Position numbers and translations under genes: made by a program. The notes below the pieces were generated by a model that saw only the letters and a list, made by a program, of their open reading frames with translations, did no database searches and was not told the DNA's origin. DNA of 64,000 nucleotides, taken from NCBI GenBank assembly GCA_964637955.1, contig CAZWXQ010000003.1, forward strand, positions 159,154-223,153, in the 5' to 3' direction. Positions 1-10,438 of the stretch are shown here, in pieces. Positions within the stretch are counted from its first letter, which is position 1. Every line of letters begins with the position of its first letter. Source of the stretch: an uncultured Gammaproteobacteria bacterium (GTDB taxonomy: Bacteria; Patescibacteriota; Microgenomatia; Levybacterales; UBA12049).

Positions 1-2
1 CA

Positions 3-245
3 AGAAGTGAGGATGTGGAAAAAATAATAGATGATATACAGGCAGGCATTAAGAAAAAGGATGCGAAAGTATTTAAATTAGTTGATAGAAAAGATGCTAT
101 TGAAGCTGCTGTTGAAATGGCTGGAAAAAATGACATGGTAGTAATTACAGGAAAAGCACATGAGAAATCAATGACCTACGGAAGCGAGGAAACACCTTGG
201 GATGAATATAAAGTCGTAATGGATGCAATTAGAACCCGAAAATAA
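3..245 (+). CDS. murE: Mur ligase C-terminal domain, most likely MurE (5' partial)
   Basis: Frame open from position 3 (RSEDVEKIIDDI); DRKDAIEAA...VVITGKAHE...WDE matches the MurE C-terminus; directly upstream of murC. Confidence 0.8.
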   Translation, partial: RSEDVEKIIDDIQAGIKKKDAKVFKLVDRKDAIEAAVEMAGKNDMVVITGKAHEKSMTYGSEETPWDEYKVVMDAIRTRK

Positions 246-250
246 ACTTA

Positions 251-1669
251 ATGAATAAATTTAAAAAAATTCACTTTGTTGGCATAAAAGGAGTTGGCGT
301 TGCGCCTCTTGCAATTATCGCAAAAGAAGCTGGTGTTGAAGTTACTGGTTCAGATGTCTCTGATCATTTTATAACTGATAAACAGCTCATTAATTCCGGA
401 ATAAATATTCTTGAAGGTTTTGATAAGTCAAATATTAAAAATCCAGACTTAGTAATTTCGACCGGTGCCCATGGTGGACTTGAAAATGTAGAGGTGGTTG
501 AGGCAAAAGAAAAAAACATTCCCGTAATGTTGCAAGGTGAAGCGCTGGGTAAATTTCAGGACGGAGAAATATTTGATAAAAAATTTGTAGGTGTTTCGGT
601 GGCTGGTTCGCACGGAAAAACTACTACCACTGCTATTATTGCAACAATATTATCTAAAAATAATTTAGACCCATCTTATGTGATTGGAACAGGAGAAATT
701 CCAACGCTGAAAAATTCTGGACATTTTGGTAAAGGAAATTATTTCGTTACTGAAGCAGATGAATATTTTACAGATATTAAGTTCGATAGAATCCCAAAAT
801 TTTTATATCAAAACCCTAAGGCAATTATCATTACAAATATCGATTTTGATCATCCAGATGTTTTTGAAAATCAAAATCATATGGAGAATGCATTTCTTGA
901 TTTTACTCAGAAATTATCTACTGATGGAGTGCTTGTAATATGTGGTGATGGGAATAATAATCGGCAATTTATTTCTAAATTAATTCATCCTCATATCTCT
1001 TATGGAATTTCTCCTGACAATGATTATATTATTGAGAAAATAAATTTTGATTCAGAAAAAATGTTTTTTTGGGTTAGATCAAAAGAAACTCTTCTTGGGG
1101 AATTCTCAGTAAATATTTTTGGGGAACACAACGCTCTAAATTGTTTAGGTGCAATTGTAATCTGTTTGGAGCTAGGTCTTTCAATAGAGCAAATTAAAAA
1201 AGGCTTAAGTGAATTTAAAGGAACAAAGCGAAGAGCAGAATTTATTGGTAAGACGATAAATGGAGCAACTTTATATGATGATTATGCTCATCATCCATCA
1301 GAAATTAAAGAAACGCTTCAGGCGTTTAGAAAAAGATTTCCAAAGCGAAACATTGTTACAATCTTTCAGCCTCACATGTATTCAAGAACTAAAACATTAT
1401 TTGGTGATTTTGTAAATTCATTTACTGATACCGATGAAGTTATTATTACTGAAATTTTCCCTTCATTTAGAGAGCCAATTGATTGCAATTTTTCTTCAAA
1501 GCAGATAGTGGATGAATTAATAAAAAAACAAAAAAAGGCAACTTATTTTCCTTCAAATTTGGATGTGATAGAATACATTTCTTCTCAGAATTATTCTAAC
1601 AATACTGTTATTATTACTATGGGAGCAGGAGACATTTATAAGATAGGAGAAAAATTAATCAATGGATAA
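251..1669 (+). CDS. murC: UDP-N-acetylmuramate--L-alanine ligase
   Basis: IHFVGIKGVG, GSHGKTTTT, EADE, DFDHPD, DDYAHHPSEI, FQPH. Confidence 0.95.
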   Translation: MNKFKKIHFVGIKGVGVAPLAIIAKEAGVEVTGSDVSDHFITDKQLINSGINILEGFDKSNIKNPDLVISTGAHGGLENVEVVEAKEKNIPVMLQGEALGKFQDGEIFDKKFVGVSVAGSHGKTTTTAIIATILSKNNLDPSYVIGTGEIPTLKNSGHFGKGNYFVTEADEYFTDIKFDRIPKFLYQNPKAIIITNIDFDHPDVFENQNHMENAFLDFTQKLSTDGVLVICGDGNNNRQFISKLIHPHISYGISPDNDYIIEKINFDSEKMFFWVRSKETLLGEFSVNIFGEHNALNCLGAIVICLELGLSIEQIKKGLSEFKGTKRRAEFIGKTINGATLYDDYAHHPSEIKETLQAFRKRFPKRNIVTIFQPHMYSRTKTLFGDFVNSFTDTDEVIITEIFPSFREPIDCNFSSKQIVDELIKKQKKATYFPSNLDVIEYISSQNYSNNTVIITMGAGDIYKIGEKLING

Positions 1670-2993
1670 GTTTAAAATAAATGGAGGGAAAAGATTAGTA
1701 GGTGAAGCAAATGTGAGTGGGGCAAAAAACATGGCTTTAAAAGCTATTGTAGCTGCATGTTTAACCGCGGAAGAAGTAACACTTGATAATATTCCCTTAA
1801 TCTCGGATCTGTTTGTAATGACAGATATAGTTGAGGAGTTGGGTGGAAGAATTGATGTTCAAAACCATACTATTAAATTACAGCTTTCTGAAATTAAGAA
1901 AAATAAAATTTCACTTGAAAAAGCTGCAGAAACCAGAACTTCAGCAATGTTTATGGCACCTCTGTTAGCAAGAAAAGGCGAAGCAATAATTCCAAATCCT
2001 GGAGGATGTAGAATTGGTTCGCGCCCGATAGATAGGACTATCGAAGGACTTGAGCAAATGGGCGTTGAAGTAGATTATAAAAGTGAGGATGGATTTTTTT
2101 ACTTAAAAGCTGAAAATGGACTAACAGGGATTGATTATACATTCAAAAAAAGTACTCATACAGGTACAGAGACAATGATATTAGCTGCAGTTTTGGCTAA
2201 TGGAACTACCATTCTTCGAAATTCTGCGCAGGAGCCCGAGATTAATGAGTTAATGGATCTTCTTAATAAAATGGGGGCGAATATTAAAAAGTTAGATTCT
2301 AGGACGATTGAAATAGTTGGAGCTGAGAGATTGCATGGGGCTGAATTTAAAGTAGGTCCAGATAGGAATGAGGTTGTAACTTTAGCAATTGCGGCTATTA
2401 TTACAAAGGGAGATATTAAGATTAAAAATGTAGGCAAGTGTGATCTTTCTGCGTTTTTAGAAAAGATGGAAGAGGTGGGTGCCGGTATTGAAAAAGGTAG
2501 AGATGATATTAGATTTTTTTATAAAGGAGAAATTAAAGCAGTCGATATGGAGACAACGCCTTATCCAGGTTTTATGACCGATTGGCAGGCTCCGTGGGCA
2601 GTTTTAATGACTCAGGCAAGAGGAGAATCAATAATTCATGAAAGAGTTTACGAAAGTAGATTTGGATATGTTGAACAGCTTCAAAAAATGGGAGCGGATA
2701 TTGAGCTTTTTAATCCAGAGGTAGATAATCCTGATGAATTTTATAATTTTAATATTGAAGATGATAAAAAAACAAATAAGCACGCCGCAAAAATAAAAGG
2801 TCCAACTGATCTCCATAATGCTATCGTAACTATTACTGATCTAAGAGCTGGTGCAACGCTTGTTCTTGCTGCAGTTGCTGCTCAAGGAGAAAGTGTTCTT
2901 TTAGAAATCCAGCACTTGGATAGAGGTTATGAGAAGTTTGAGAATAGATTGAATAGTCTTGGGGCGGATATCAGAAGAGTTAACAATGAATAA
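1662..2993 (+). CDS. murA: UDP-N-acetylglucosamine 1-carboxyvinyltransferase
   Basis: SGAKN, PGGCRIGSRPID (catalytic Cys), PYPGFMTDWQ, DLRAGA, HLDRGYE. Confidence 0.97.
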   Translation: MDKFKINGGKRLVGEANVSGAKNMALKAIVAACLTAEEVTLDNIPLISDLFVMTDIVEELGGRIDVQNHTIKLQLSEIKKNKISLEKAAETRTSAMFMAPLLARKGEAIIPNPGGCRIGSRPIDRTIEGLEQMGVEVDYKSEDGFFYLKAENGLTGIDYTFKKSTHTGTETMILAAVLANGTTILRNSAQEPEINELMDLLNKMGANIKKLDSRTIEIVGAERLHGAEFKVGPDRNEVVTLAIAAIITKGDIKIKNVGKCDLSAFLEKMEEVGAGIEKGRDDIRFFYKGEIKAVDMETTPYPGFMTDWQAPWAVLMTQARGESIIHERVYESRFGYVEQLQKMGADIELFNPEVDNPDEFYNFNIEDDKKTNKHAAKIKGPTDLHNAIVTITDLRAGATLVLAAVAAQGESVLLEIQHLDRGYEKFENRLNSLGADIRRVNNE

Positions 2994-3729
2994 TATTGGT
3001 GCAATAATTCTTGCTGCTGGAAAAGGAACTCGAATGAATTCCACAGATATAAATAAAGTTGCTCTTCATCTGGGAGAAAAGCCAATGGTTCGTCACGCTG
3101 TTGAAAGATTGGAATCTATAAAGATTGAATTAATAGTAGTGGTTGTAGGATTTGCACAAGAGTCAGTTATTAATAGTCTGAAAGGTACTAAAGCGGTTTT
3201 TGCTGAGCAGGAAATTCCTCAAGGAACAGGCCATGCATTAAGCTGTGGGCTTTCAAAAGTTTCTGAAAACATCGAACATGTTTTGGTAATGAATGGTGAT
3301 GATTCAGCTTTTTACGGTAAGGAAATTCTTGAGAAATTGATCTTGTGCCATTTGGAAGCAGATGCCGACGTTACTCTTCTGACGATTGAAAAAGACAACC
3401 CTTTTGGATTAGGAAGGATAGTTAGGGATAACGAAGGTAGGCTCATTGATATTATCGAAGAAAAAAATGCAACTGAAGAGGAAAGATTAATTAAAGAAGT
3501 TAATCCTGGTTGTTATATTTTTCGATCGTCGTTTTTAAATGGTCATAAAGATAAAATTAAAAAAAATGAATTGACTGGCGAATATTATATTAATAATTTT
3601 ATTCAGATGGCGGTAGAAGAGGGACTAAAAGTAGAGACTTTAAGAGAATCAATTCCATGGAGAGGTGTAAATACAAAAGAAGAATTAGAAGAAGCAGAGA
3701 AACTACATGCACAAACTTTAGGCAGTTAG
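2986..3729 (+). CDS. GlmU-like sugar-1-phosphate uridylyltransferase, N-terminal domain only
   Basis: IILAAGKGTRMNS, QGTGHA, GLGRIVR, GEYY, GVNT; stops before the hexapeptide acetyltransferase domain; start moved to ATG 2986 overlapping the murA end. Confidence 0.85.
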   Translation: MNNIGAIILAAGKGTRMNSTDINKVALHLGEKPMVRHAVERLESIKIELIVVVVGFAQESVINSLKGTKAVFAEQEIPQGTGHALSCGLSKVSENIEHVLVMNGDDSAFYGKEILEKLILCHLEADADVTLLTIEKDNPFGLGRIVRDNEGRLIDIIEEKNATEEERLIKEVNPGCYIFRSSFLNGHKDKIKKNELTGEYYINNFIQMAVEEGLKVETLRESIPWRGVNTKEELEEAEKLHAQTLGS

Positions 3730-3742
3730 ATTCATCTTTGAT

Positions 3743-3771
3743 TTGTTAAAGCATAACTAAAGATATATAAT
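3743..3771 (+). promoter_or_regulatory. sigma70-type promoter, near-leaderless mraY
   Basis: TTGTTA-17 bp-TATAAT, 8 nt before the ATG. Confidence 0.55.
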
Positions 3772-3779
3772 TAGATCTT

Positions 3780-4793
3780 ATGGAACAGCTTTTGGGACTA
3801 ACTTTGCTCTCGCTCTTTTTTACAGGCATACTTATCGTTCCATTTATAGACTTTCTTTATAAGATAAAACTGAGACGTCAGAAGCAAAACACAGTAGATA
3901 TTTTTAATAAACCCACTCCTACTTTTGACAAATATAATCAGTGGAAAGTAGGCACTCCTTTTGGAGGGGGACTTATAATTATTGCTGTTGTAACAATATT
4001 ATCTCTCTGGAGTTATGGAATTTTTAGTGTTAAAGCAAATCCCTGGGCAGTATTTGTGTTATTATTCTCGTTTATAAGTTTCGGGATTTTAGGCTTTTAT
4101 GATGATCTGAAAAAGTTAGTCAATAATCCGAGTAAATATCATTTTTTTGGTTTGAGATTTAGGTACAAATTTATTATCCAATGGATATTGGCATTTTTTA
4201 TTGCATTTATTTTATATTATAAGTTGGGATATTCAACAATTTTTGTAAGTGGGTTGGGCTCAATTGATTTGGGGTACGTTTATATTCTAATGGCTGCATT
4301 TGCAATTGTTTCTTTTGCGAATGCATTTAATATCGCAGATGGTTTGGATGGATTAGCGTCGGGACTTCTTCTTATTTGTCTTGGAGCATTTTTAGCAATT
4401 TCTTCAACGCAGCTAGATTCAACTCTTGGTATTTTTATTGCAGTGCTTGCAGGTAGCGTTACTGCATTCCTCTACTTTAATATTTATAAAGCGAGAATTT
4501 GGCTAGGAGATGTGGGGTCTTTGTCACTTGGCGCAAGTCTTGCCGTGATAGGTCTACTTTCTGGAAAAATTTTGGCTCTCGCAGTGATAGGTGGAGTATT
4601 TGTTTTGGAAGTAGGATCGTCATTGATTCAACTTATATCAAAAAAATATTTTGGAAGAAAAATTTTTCCAGCAGCACCTTTTCATTTATTGCTCTTAAAA
4701 CGAGGTTGGGAGGAGCCAAAAATAGTTATGAGAGCTTGGCTTTTTGGATTTTTCTTTGCAGTTCTTGGATTATATATTGCGCTACTTACATAA
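3780..4793 (+). CDS. mraY: phospho-N-acetylmuramoyl-pentapeptide transferase
   Basis: KVGTPFGGG, GFYDD, NAFNIADGLDGL, WLGDVGS, APFH; multi-TM. Confidence 0.93.
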   Translation: MEQLLGLTLLSLFFTGILIVPFIDFLYKIKLRRQKQNTVDIFNKPTPTFDKYNQWKVGTPFGGGLIIIAVVTILSLWSYGIFSVKANPWAVFVLLFSFISFGILGFYDDLKKLVNNPSKYHFFGLRFRYKFIIQWILAFFIAFILYYKLGYSTIFVSGLGSIDLGYVYILMAAFAIVSFANAFNIADGLDGLASGLLLICLGAFLAISSTQLDSTLGIFIAVLAGSVTAFLYFNIYKARIWLGDVGSLSLGASLAVIGLLSGKILALAVIGGVFVLEVGSSLIQLISKKYFGRKIFPAAPFHLLLLKRGWEEPKIVMRAWLFGFFFAVLGLYIALLT

Positions 4794-4826
4794 CTACTTT
4801 TAATTATTGTTATAATAAATTAGTTC

Positions 4827-5897
4827 ATGAGAAAAGCTGATTTTGCTCTCCTTTTTGCTGTTTTTAGTTTAACTGCTTTTGGTTTATTTATGATTTATGA
4901 TGCCTCAAGCTATGTGGCGTTTAGGGATTTTGGTGATAAGTATAGTTATTTTAAAAGCCAAACTACCTGGGCAATTTTAGGATTTATTGCTCTTGGTATA
5001 ATATCTTTTTTTGATTATAAAAAATATTATAATTTAGCGCTGCCTATTCTTGTTGCTTCAATAATATTACTTGTGGTGGTACTTATTCCTGGTGTGGGTA
5101 TTTCTGCTCTTGGTGCAAGAAGGTGGATAAATTTAGGATTCTTTGTGCTTCAGCCATCAGAATTCGTTAAGCTTGCGCTTATAATTTATTTGTCAGCATG
5201 GTTTTCTACAAAAGAAAAAGGAAGATTTATGGCATTCTTGCTTCTAATTGGATTAGTTCTTGGTCTCGTAATGCTTCAGCCCGATATGGGAACGGCTATT
5301 ATAATTCTCGGTCTTTCTGTGATTATTTATTTTCTGTCTGGGGGAAATGTACTACATCTTTTGGCACTTGCGCCTGTTGTCGGTATTGCAGGGATTGCGC
5401 TAATAATACTTGAGCCATATAGACTTGCTCGTCTTACGACATTTTTAAATCCTGAGCAAAATGTTTTGGGTTCCTCATATCATCTTCGCCAAATTTTGAT
5501 CGCGCTTGGATCAGGAGGATTGTTTGGTGTTGGATTTGGGAATTCTCTTCAAAAATATGCATATTTACCTGAGGCAACTACTGACTCAATTTTTGCTATT
5601 ATGGCTGAGGAGATAGGATTTTTTGGTGTAATTATATTTGTCGGAGTTGTGCTGTTTGTCGTATACAGAGGATTTCATATAGCAATGCACGCTCCAGATG
5701 CATTTGGAAAATTGCTAGCAGCTGGGATTACATCATTTATTGCAATTCAAGCTGTAGTAAACCTTAGTGCTCAAACTGCGCTTATGCCTTTAACAGGCGT
5801 TCCGTTGCCTTTTATTTCTTATGGAGGCTCTGCTTTAATTATTAATCTTGTTTCAATTGGGATTCTTCTTAATATTTCAAGACAAAGTAAGGTTTGA
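4827..5897 (+). CDS. ftsW: SEDS peptidoglycan polymerase FtsW
   Basis: GARRWI, QPSEFVK, QPDMGT, YLPEATTDSIF, GVPLPFISYGGS; between mraY and murG. Confidence 0.93.
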   Translation: MRKADFALLFAVFSLTAFGLFMIYDASSYVAFRDFGDKYSYFKSQTTWAILGFIALGIISFFDYKKYYNLALPILVASIILLVVVLIPGVGISALGARRWINLGFFVLQPSEFVKLALIIYLSAWFSTKEKGRFMAFLLLIGLVLGLVMLQPDMGTAIIILGLSVIIYFLSGGNVLHLLALAPVVGIAGIALIILEPYRLARLTTFLNPEQNVLGSSYHLRQILIALGSGGLFGVGFGNSLQKYAYLPEATTDSIFAIMAEEIGFFGVIIFVGVVLFVVYRGFHIAMHAPDAFGKLLAAGITSFIAIQAVVNLSAQTALMPLTGVPLPFISYGGSALIINLVSIGILLNISRQSKV

Positions 5898-5909
5898 TAA
5901 AATTTAAAT

Positions 5910-7010
5910 ATGAGAATTGTAATAATTGGTGGACATTTAACACCAGCGCTTTCAGTAATTGAAGAGCTACCTGATGATTCAAGTCTAATTTATATTGGTC
6001 GTAAGCATGCCTTAGAGGGTGACAAGGCAATTTCATTAGAATATGAAACCATAGCTAAAAAAGGAATCCCGTTTTATGTTTTAAAAACTGGTAGGATTCA
6101 AAGAAGGCCTACGAGACATACTATTCCTTCACTGTCTAAAATTCCATTTGGATATTTTCAATCAATTAAAATTCTTAGGAATTTTAAACCAAATGTAGTT
6201 GTGGGTTTCGGGGGCTATGTTAGTTTCCCGGTTATATTGGCAGCAAAAACTCTAAAAATTCCCATAATTATTCATGAGCAGACGATGGAAGCAGGCGCAG
6301 CAAATAGAACCGCTTCAAAATTTGCCACTAAAGTTTGTATTTCATTTGAATCATCAAGGAAATATTTCCCTAAAGAAAAAACAGTTTTGACAGGGAATCC
6401 TGTTAGAAAAACCATTTTGTCTCCAGAGTTAGCTTTTAAAACAACTAGTCCCGGCCCTATTATTTACATTACCGGTGGAAGTCTGGGGTCTCATTTTATT
6501 AATTCATTGGTTTCAGGTTGTCTCGCAAAACTTCTGGATAAGTACACGATTATTCATCAGACAGGTGGCGCCACTGAGTTTAATGATTTTGAAAAGTTAA
6601 ATATTCTTCGCGATGGATTAAATAAAAATAGAGAAAAATATATTATTTCAAAATACTTTTCTACTGAAGAAATTGGGAGTATCCTAAAATCTTCTACATT
6701 GGTTGTAAGCAGAGCGGGAATTAATTCAGTATCAGAGTTAATTATTCTAAAAAAACCATCACTTCTTATTCCTTTGCCTGTTTCACAAAAAGATGAACAG
6801 CTTAAAAATGCCAATCTCGTTGAAAAAGTTGGTCTTGGTGAAGTCGCACTTCAGAAAGAATTATCGCCTGAAATATTTTTATCCAAAATAAATAAGATGA
6901 TGGACAACATTGATAATTATAAATTTAATAGTACCGAAAGGAGTTTTCCTAAAAATGCTGCTAAAAAAATAGTAGACACTATATATGAAATTCAACAAGA
7001 CAGTAACTAA
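5910..7010 (+). CDS. murG: lipid II GlcNAc transferase
   Basis: GGHLTPA, GFGGYVS, IHEQ, TGNPVR, TGGSLG, SRAG, EQLKNA. Confidence 0.95.
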   Translation: MRIVIIGGHLTPALSVIEELPDDSSLIYIGRKHALEGDKAISLEYETIAKKGIPFYVLKTGRIQRRPTRHTIPSLSKIPFGYFQSIKILRNFKPNVVVGFGGYVSFPVILAAKTLKIPIIIHEQTMEAGAANRTASKFATKVCISFESSRKYFPKEKTVLTGNPVRKTILSPELAFKTTSPGPIIYITGGSLGSHFINSLVSGCLAKLLDKYTIIHQTGGATEFNDFEKLNILRDGLNKNREKYIISKYFSTEEIGSILKSSTLVVSRAGINSVSELIILKKPSLLIPLPVSQKDEQLKNANLVEKVGLGEVALQKELSPEIFLSKINKMMDNIDNYKFNSTERSFPKNAAKKIVDTIYEIQQDSN

Positions 7011-7401
7011 AAAGGAAAAAAAAGAAGCATCAAAAAGAAGAAATGGTTTTTTATTAATTTTTTTAGGATTGGTGGCTTTAAATATAGTACTTTTATATTC
7101 AGCTTTTTTTGAAAAACCAAAACCTATCTTAAATCCACTTTCAAAAAATCAAATTTCATCAAGTCAAATAATTGAAAAAAAAATAAAAGAGTCAGGAGTT
7201 AGATATCAAAGCATTTCAACAGAAAAGGATTTAACATACTTAATTAAGCTTGATCCGAAGGGCGAAGTAGTTATGGATCCTAGTAAAGATGTTGATCGAC
7301 AATTATCCTCTTTACAACTTATCCTCAAACAACTTAAAATAGAAGGAAAGGCGCTCAAGCGTTTGGATTTCAGGTACGAAAAGCCAATAATCACCTTTTA
7401 A
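6985..7401 (+). CDS. short FtsQ/DivIB-like protein
   Basis: Basic N-tail, one TM, C-terminal RLDFRYEKPII (D-x-R-Y/F motif); position between murG and ftsA. Confidence 0.65.
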   Translation: MKFNKTVTKKEKKEASKRRNGFLLIFLGLVALNIVLLYSAFFEKPKPILNPLSKNQISSSQIIEKKIKESGVRYQSISTEKDLTYLIKLDPKGEVVMDPSKDVDRQLSSLQLILKQLKIEGKALKRLDFRYEKPIITF

Positions 7402-7403
7402 TA

Positions 7404-8708
7404 ATGACAGAAGGAAAAATTGTAGTCGGAGTAGACATAGGAACCTCAAAAATTGTTACTATCATTGCAAAAATAGACGATGCAGTGAATGTGCTTGGCG
7501 TGTCTGATATTCCATCTTCAGGAATTAAGAAAGGCCAAATCGTAAATATTGAAGAAGCAGTCGTTGCTATTAATACTTCCATCGAGGCTGCCGAGAGAAT
7601 GGCTGGAGTTTCTGTAAGTCGAGTTATAGCTTCAATTGGAGGAAGTAATATCGAATCTCAAAATTCAAGAGGAGTTGTGGCTGTTTCTCAACCAGAGGGA
7701 GAGATAAATCCAGGAGATGTTTCAAGAGTTATTGATGCTGCAAAAGCAGTTTCCATGCCTTCTACTCGCGAAATAATTCACGTACTTCCTCGTAGCTTTA
7801 CGGTTGATGGTCAAGAAGGAATTAAAGACCCCGTAGGAATGACAGGAACTAGGCTTGAGGTTGAAACGCACATTGTAACTGCAGGAAGTCCTGCTGTCAG
7901 AAATCTAGAAAAAGCTTTTTCTCAGGTGGGCGTAGATGTTGATGGGTTAGTTTTTTCAGGTTATGCAAGCGGTCTTTCTGTACTTTCTGAGACAGAGAAA
8001 GAGCTTGGAGTAGTTCTTATTGATATAGGTGCAGGAACAACGGACATCTCTATTTACATTGATGGCTCCGTCGCATATTCATCAGTTCTTCCAATTGGCG
8101 CAAGACATATCACGAATGATCTGGCGATAGGTCTTAGAATTTCCCTAGAATCAGCTGAGAAAGTAAAGCTTTTCTTGTCGCGTCCAAAAAAGAAGGTAAT
8201 AAGCTATGAGGATGCATTAAATATAGATGAAAAGAAAGATAAAGCAGCGGCTGCAGATGAATTGGACTTGGCTTCTCTTGGACTTCCAGAGCAATTGAAT
8301 AAAGTATCACAGAAGACGTTGGTTGATGGGATAATTAGGCCTCGACTTAACGAAATATTTACCATGGTAGGTCTCGAGATTAAGAAATCAGGATTCGGAG
8401 GGCAAACGCCTTCAGGTTTAGTTGTGACTGGTGGAGGAGCAAGAACCATAGGGGCAGTTGAATCAGCTAAAAGAATGCTTGCAATGCCTGTAAGAGTAGG
8501 TCAGCCACAAGACATGAAGGGGATTATTGATGAAATTCAGGATACACCTTTTGCTGCTGTGGTTGGATTGACGATATATGGAGCTTTGCAGGGAGTTGAA
8601 TCCACCTCTTCATTCAAGATGAAGCTGCCAAAAGGAATTCCATCAGTGAGGATGCCTGGAAAAATGCCGAAAAAGATTATGGATCTTATAAAATCTTTTA
8701 TTCCGTAG
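7404..8708 (+). CDS. ftsA: cell division protein FtsA
   Basis: VGVDIGTSKI, DIGAGTTD, HITNDLAIGL, VTGGGA, amphipathic C-terminus. Confidence 0.97.
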   Translation: MTEGKIVVGVDIGTSKIVTIIAKIDDAVNVLGVSDIPSSGIKKGQIVNIEEAVVAINTSIEAAERMAGVSVSRVIASIGGSNIESQNSRGVVAVSQPEGEINPGDVSRVIDAAKAVSMPSTREIIHVLPRSFTVDGQEGIKDPVGMTGTRLEVETHIVTAGSPAVRNLEKAFSQVGVDVDGLVFSGYASGLSVLSETEKELGVVLIDIGAGTTDISIYIDGSVAYSSVLPIGARHITNDLAIGLRISLESAEKVKLFLSRPKKKVISYEDALNIDEKKDKAAAADELDLASLGLPEQLNKVSQKTLVDGIIRPRLNEIFTMVGLEIKKSGFGGQTPSGLVVTGGGARTIGAVESAKRMLAMPVRVGQPQDMKGIIDEIQDTPFAAVVGLTIYGALQGVESTSSFKMKLPKGIPSVRMPGKMPKKIMDLIKSFIP

Positions 8709-8731
8709 CTTACTGAAGAAACTTATTCTAC

Positions 8732-8760
8732 TTGCAAATAGAGTACTCATTTGATACGAT
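8732..8760 (+). promoter_or_regulatory. sigma70-type promoter of ftsZ
   Basis: TTGCAA-17 bp-TACGAT with extended -10 TG; 9 nt before the ATG, no SD. Confidence 0.6.
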
Positions 8761-8769
8761 TTCCAGGCT

Positions 8770-9957
8770 ATGCTCATAAAGCCTCAAACAACTAATTTCG
8801 CAAAAATTCGAGTTATGGGTATAGGTGGTGGAGGAGGAAATGCTCTAAACTCCATGATCTCCCAGTCTTCAATTCAAGGCGTAGACTTCATAGCTGTTAA
8901 TACTGACGCCCAGGCACTTCTTCTTAATCAAGCAGCCACAAAAGTTCAGATTGGAGAAGACTATACGAAAGGACTTGGTTCTGGAGGAAATCCAGAAGTG
9001 GGAGGAAATGCTGCGGAAGAATCCTATGAAAAGCTAAAAGACATTCTTCAAGGGACTGATATGGTGTTTTTAACCGCTGGAATGGGTGGGGGGACAGGAA
9101 CCGGGGCAACTCCGGTAATCGCACGCGCAGCAAAAGAAGTGGGGGCGCTTACCGTAGCAGTCGTTACTAAGCCATTTACTTTTGAAGGGACTCGCAGAAT
9201 GGTGTCTGCCGAAGAAGGAATAGAGCTTCTTAAAGATAAAGTCGATACTTTGATTACTATACCAAACCAACGAATTCTTGATGTTGTGGATAAAAAATTG
9301 TCCCTTCTTGAAGCATTTAAGGTAGCAGATTCAGTTCTTACACAGGGAGTGCAGGGAATTTCTGATCTTATTACTATGCCAGGACTTATTAACGTCGATT
9401 TCGCTGATGTAAGAACCATCATGCAAAATGCAGGCTCATCTCTTATGGGTATTGGAACAGGAGTTGGTGAAAATAGAGCACAAGCAGCGGCTCGTTCAGC
9501 TATTGCGTCACCACTTCTCGAGATCACTATGGATGGAGCGCGTGGAGTTCTATTTAATGTGATAGGAGGTCCAGATCTTACTATGAATGAGGTAGATGAA
9601 GCTGCAAAGATTATAGCTTCGGCAGCCGATAGTGACGCAAACATCATTTTTGGAGCTACTATTGATGAGTCTATGCGTGATCAAATGAAAATTACTGTTA
9701 TAGCAACAGGATTTGATAGCGCTCGTCAAACTCTTCGTGAATTTGTTACTCCAGCTTCAGCAGCTTCTTATGCAGGTGGTGGGAATTCATTTGGTCAATC
9801 TATAAATCAGCAAAATGATGATGATCATTCAAGTAATAATCAAAATATTTCCAATCAAAATATAAATACTCCAAATAATATGCCAGGCTCAGCTCCAGCG
9901 GAAGAGCCCGATGAAGAGGTCTGGGACATTCCCGCATTCCTTCGACAAAAGAATTAA
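8770..9957 (+). CDS. ftsZ: cell division protein FtsZ
   Basis: [30 protein letters not shown]-terminal [11 protein letters not shown]. Confidence 0.99.
   Translation: MLIKPQTTNFAKIRVMGIGGGGGNALNSMISQSSIQGVDFIAVNTDAQALLLNQAATKVQIGEDYTKGLGSGGNPEVGGNAAEESYEKLKDILQGTDMVFLTAGMGGGTGTGATPVIARAAKEVGALTVAVVTKPFTFEGTRRMVSAEEGIELLKDKVDTLITIPNQRILDVVDKKLSLLEAFKVADSVLTQGVQGISDLITMPGLINVDFADVRTIMQNAGSSLMGIGTGVGENRAQAAARSAIASPLLEITMDGARGVLFNVIGGPDLTMNEVDEAAKIIASAADSDANIIFGATIDESMRDQMKITVIATGFDSARQTLREFVTPASAASYAGGGNSFGQSINQQNDDDHSSNNQNISNQNINTPNNMPGSAPAEEPDEEVWDIPAFLRQKN
9910..9957 (+). repeat. direct repeat copy 1: last 16 codons of ftsZ
   Basis: gatgaagaggtctgggacattcccgcattccttcgacaaaagaattaa; 40/48 identical to 10430-10477. 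Confidence 0.95.
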
Positions 9958-9958
9958 C

Positions 9959-10438
9959 ATGATTACGGAAACAGAGAGCACACCGCGAGAGCCATTATAT
10001 CTTTCTCCGGAAAAATTCGAAGAATCATTTAAAAATGTGCCGCGTCTCGCAGTTAATCTCATTGTAAGAGATGAAAGGGGAGGAGTTTTGTTAGTAAAAA
10101 GAAATATTCCTCCTCAGGAGGGGGTCTGGCATATGCCGGGAAGATTTTTACTTAAAAATGAAACTATTGAAGCATGTAGATCACGAATTGCAAGAAAAGA
10201 ACTAGGCATTGAATTACCTCTAGGAGAGGAAATCACACTTTTAGGTGCTTTTGAAGATTTAGATGGAGACTCTCGAGGACACGTAATTGATTTAGCTTTC
10301 GGAATCAAACTAAATGATGGTGTAAAATTGCGACAAACCGATGAAAATTCAGAAGCAAGATTTTTTAGTAGATTGCCAGGCAATATTGGTTTTAACCATA
10401 GAGACACGCTCCAATTATTGGGTTTTCAAGATGAATAA
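9959..10438 (+). CDS. NUDIX hydrolase, GDP-mannose mannosyl hydrolase (Gmm/WcaH)-like
   Basis: LSPEKF...VPRLAVNLIV...LLVKR...GVWHMPG...NETIE...RIARKELG, degenerate Nudix box as in Gmm; start at ATG 9959 just after the ftsZ stop. Confidence 0.8.
   Translation: MITETESTPREPLYLSPEKFEESFKNVPRLAVNLIVRDERGGVLLVKRNIPPQEGVWHMPGRFLLKNETIEACRSRIARKELGIELPLGEEITLLGAFEDLDGDSRGHVIDLAFGIKLNDGVKLRQTDENSEARFFSRLPGNIGFNHRDTLQLLGFQDE

Noticed and set aside
9048-9647. 199-aa antisense ORF in ftsZ and other short overlapping ORFs (e.g. 4499, 38593, 42237, 60539)
   Set aside because: Shadow frames of well-supported genes, without motifs
9781-9900. Asn/Gln-rich repeats (aatcaaaatat twice) in ftsZ
   Set aside because: Ordinary disordered FtsZ linker
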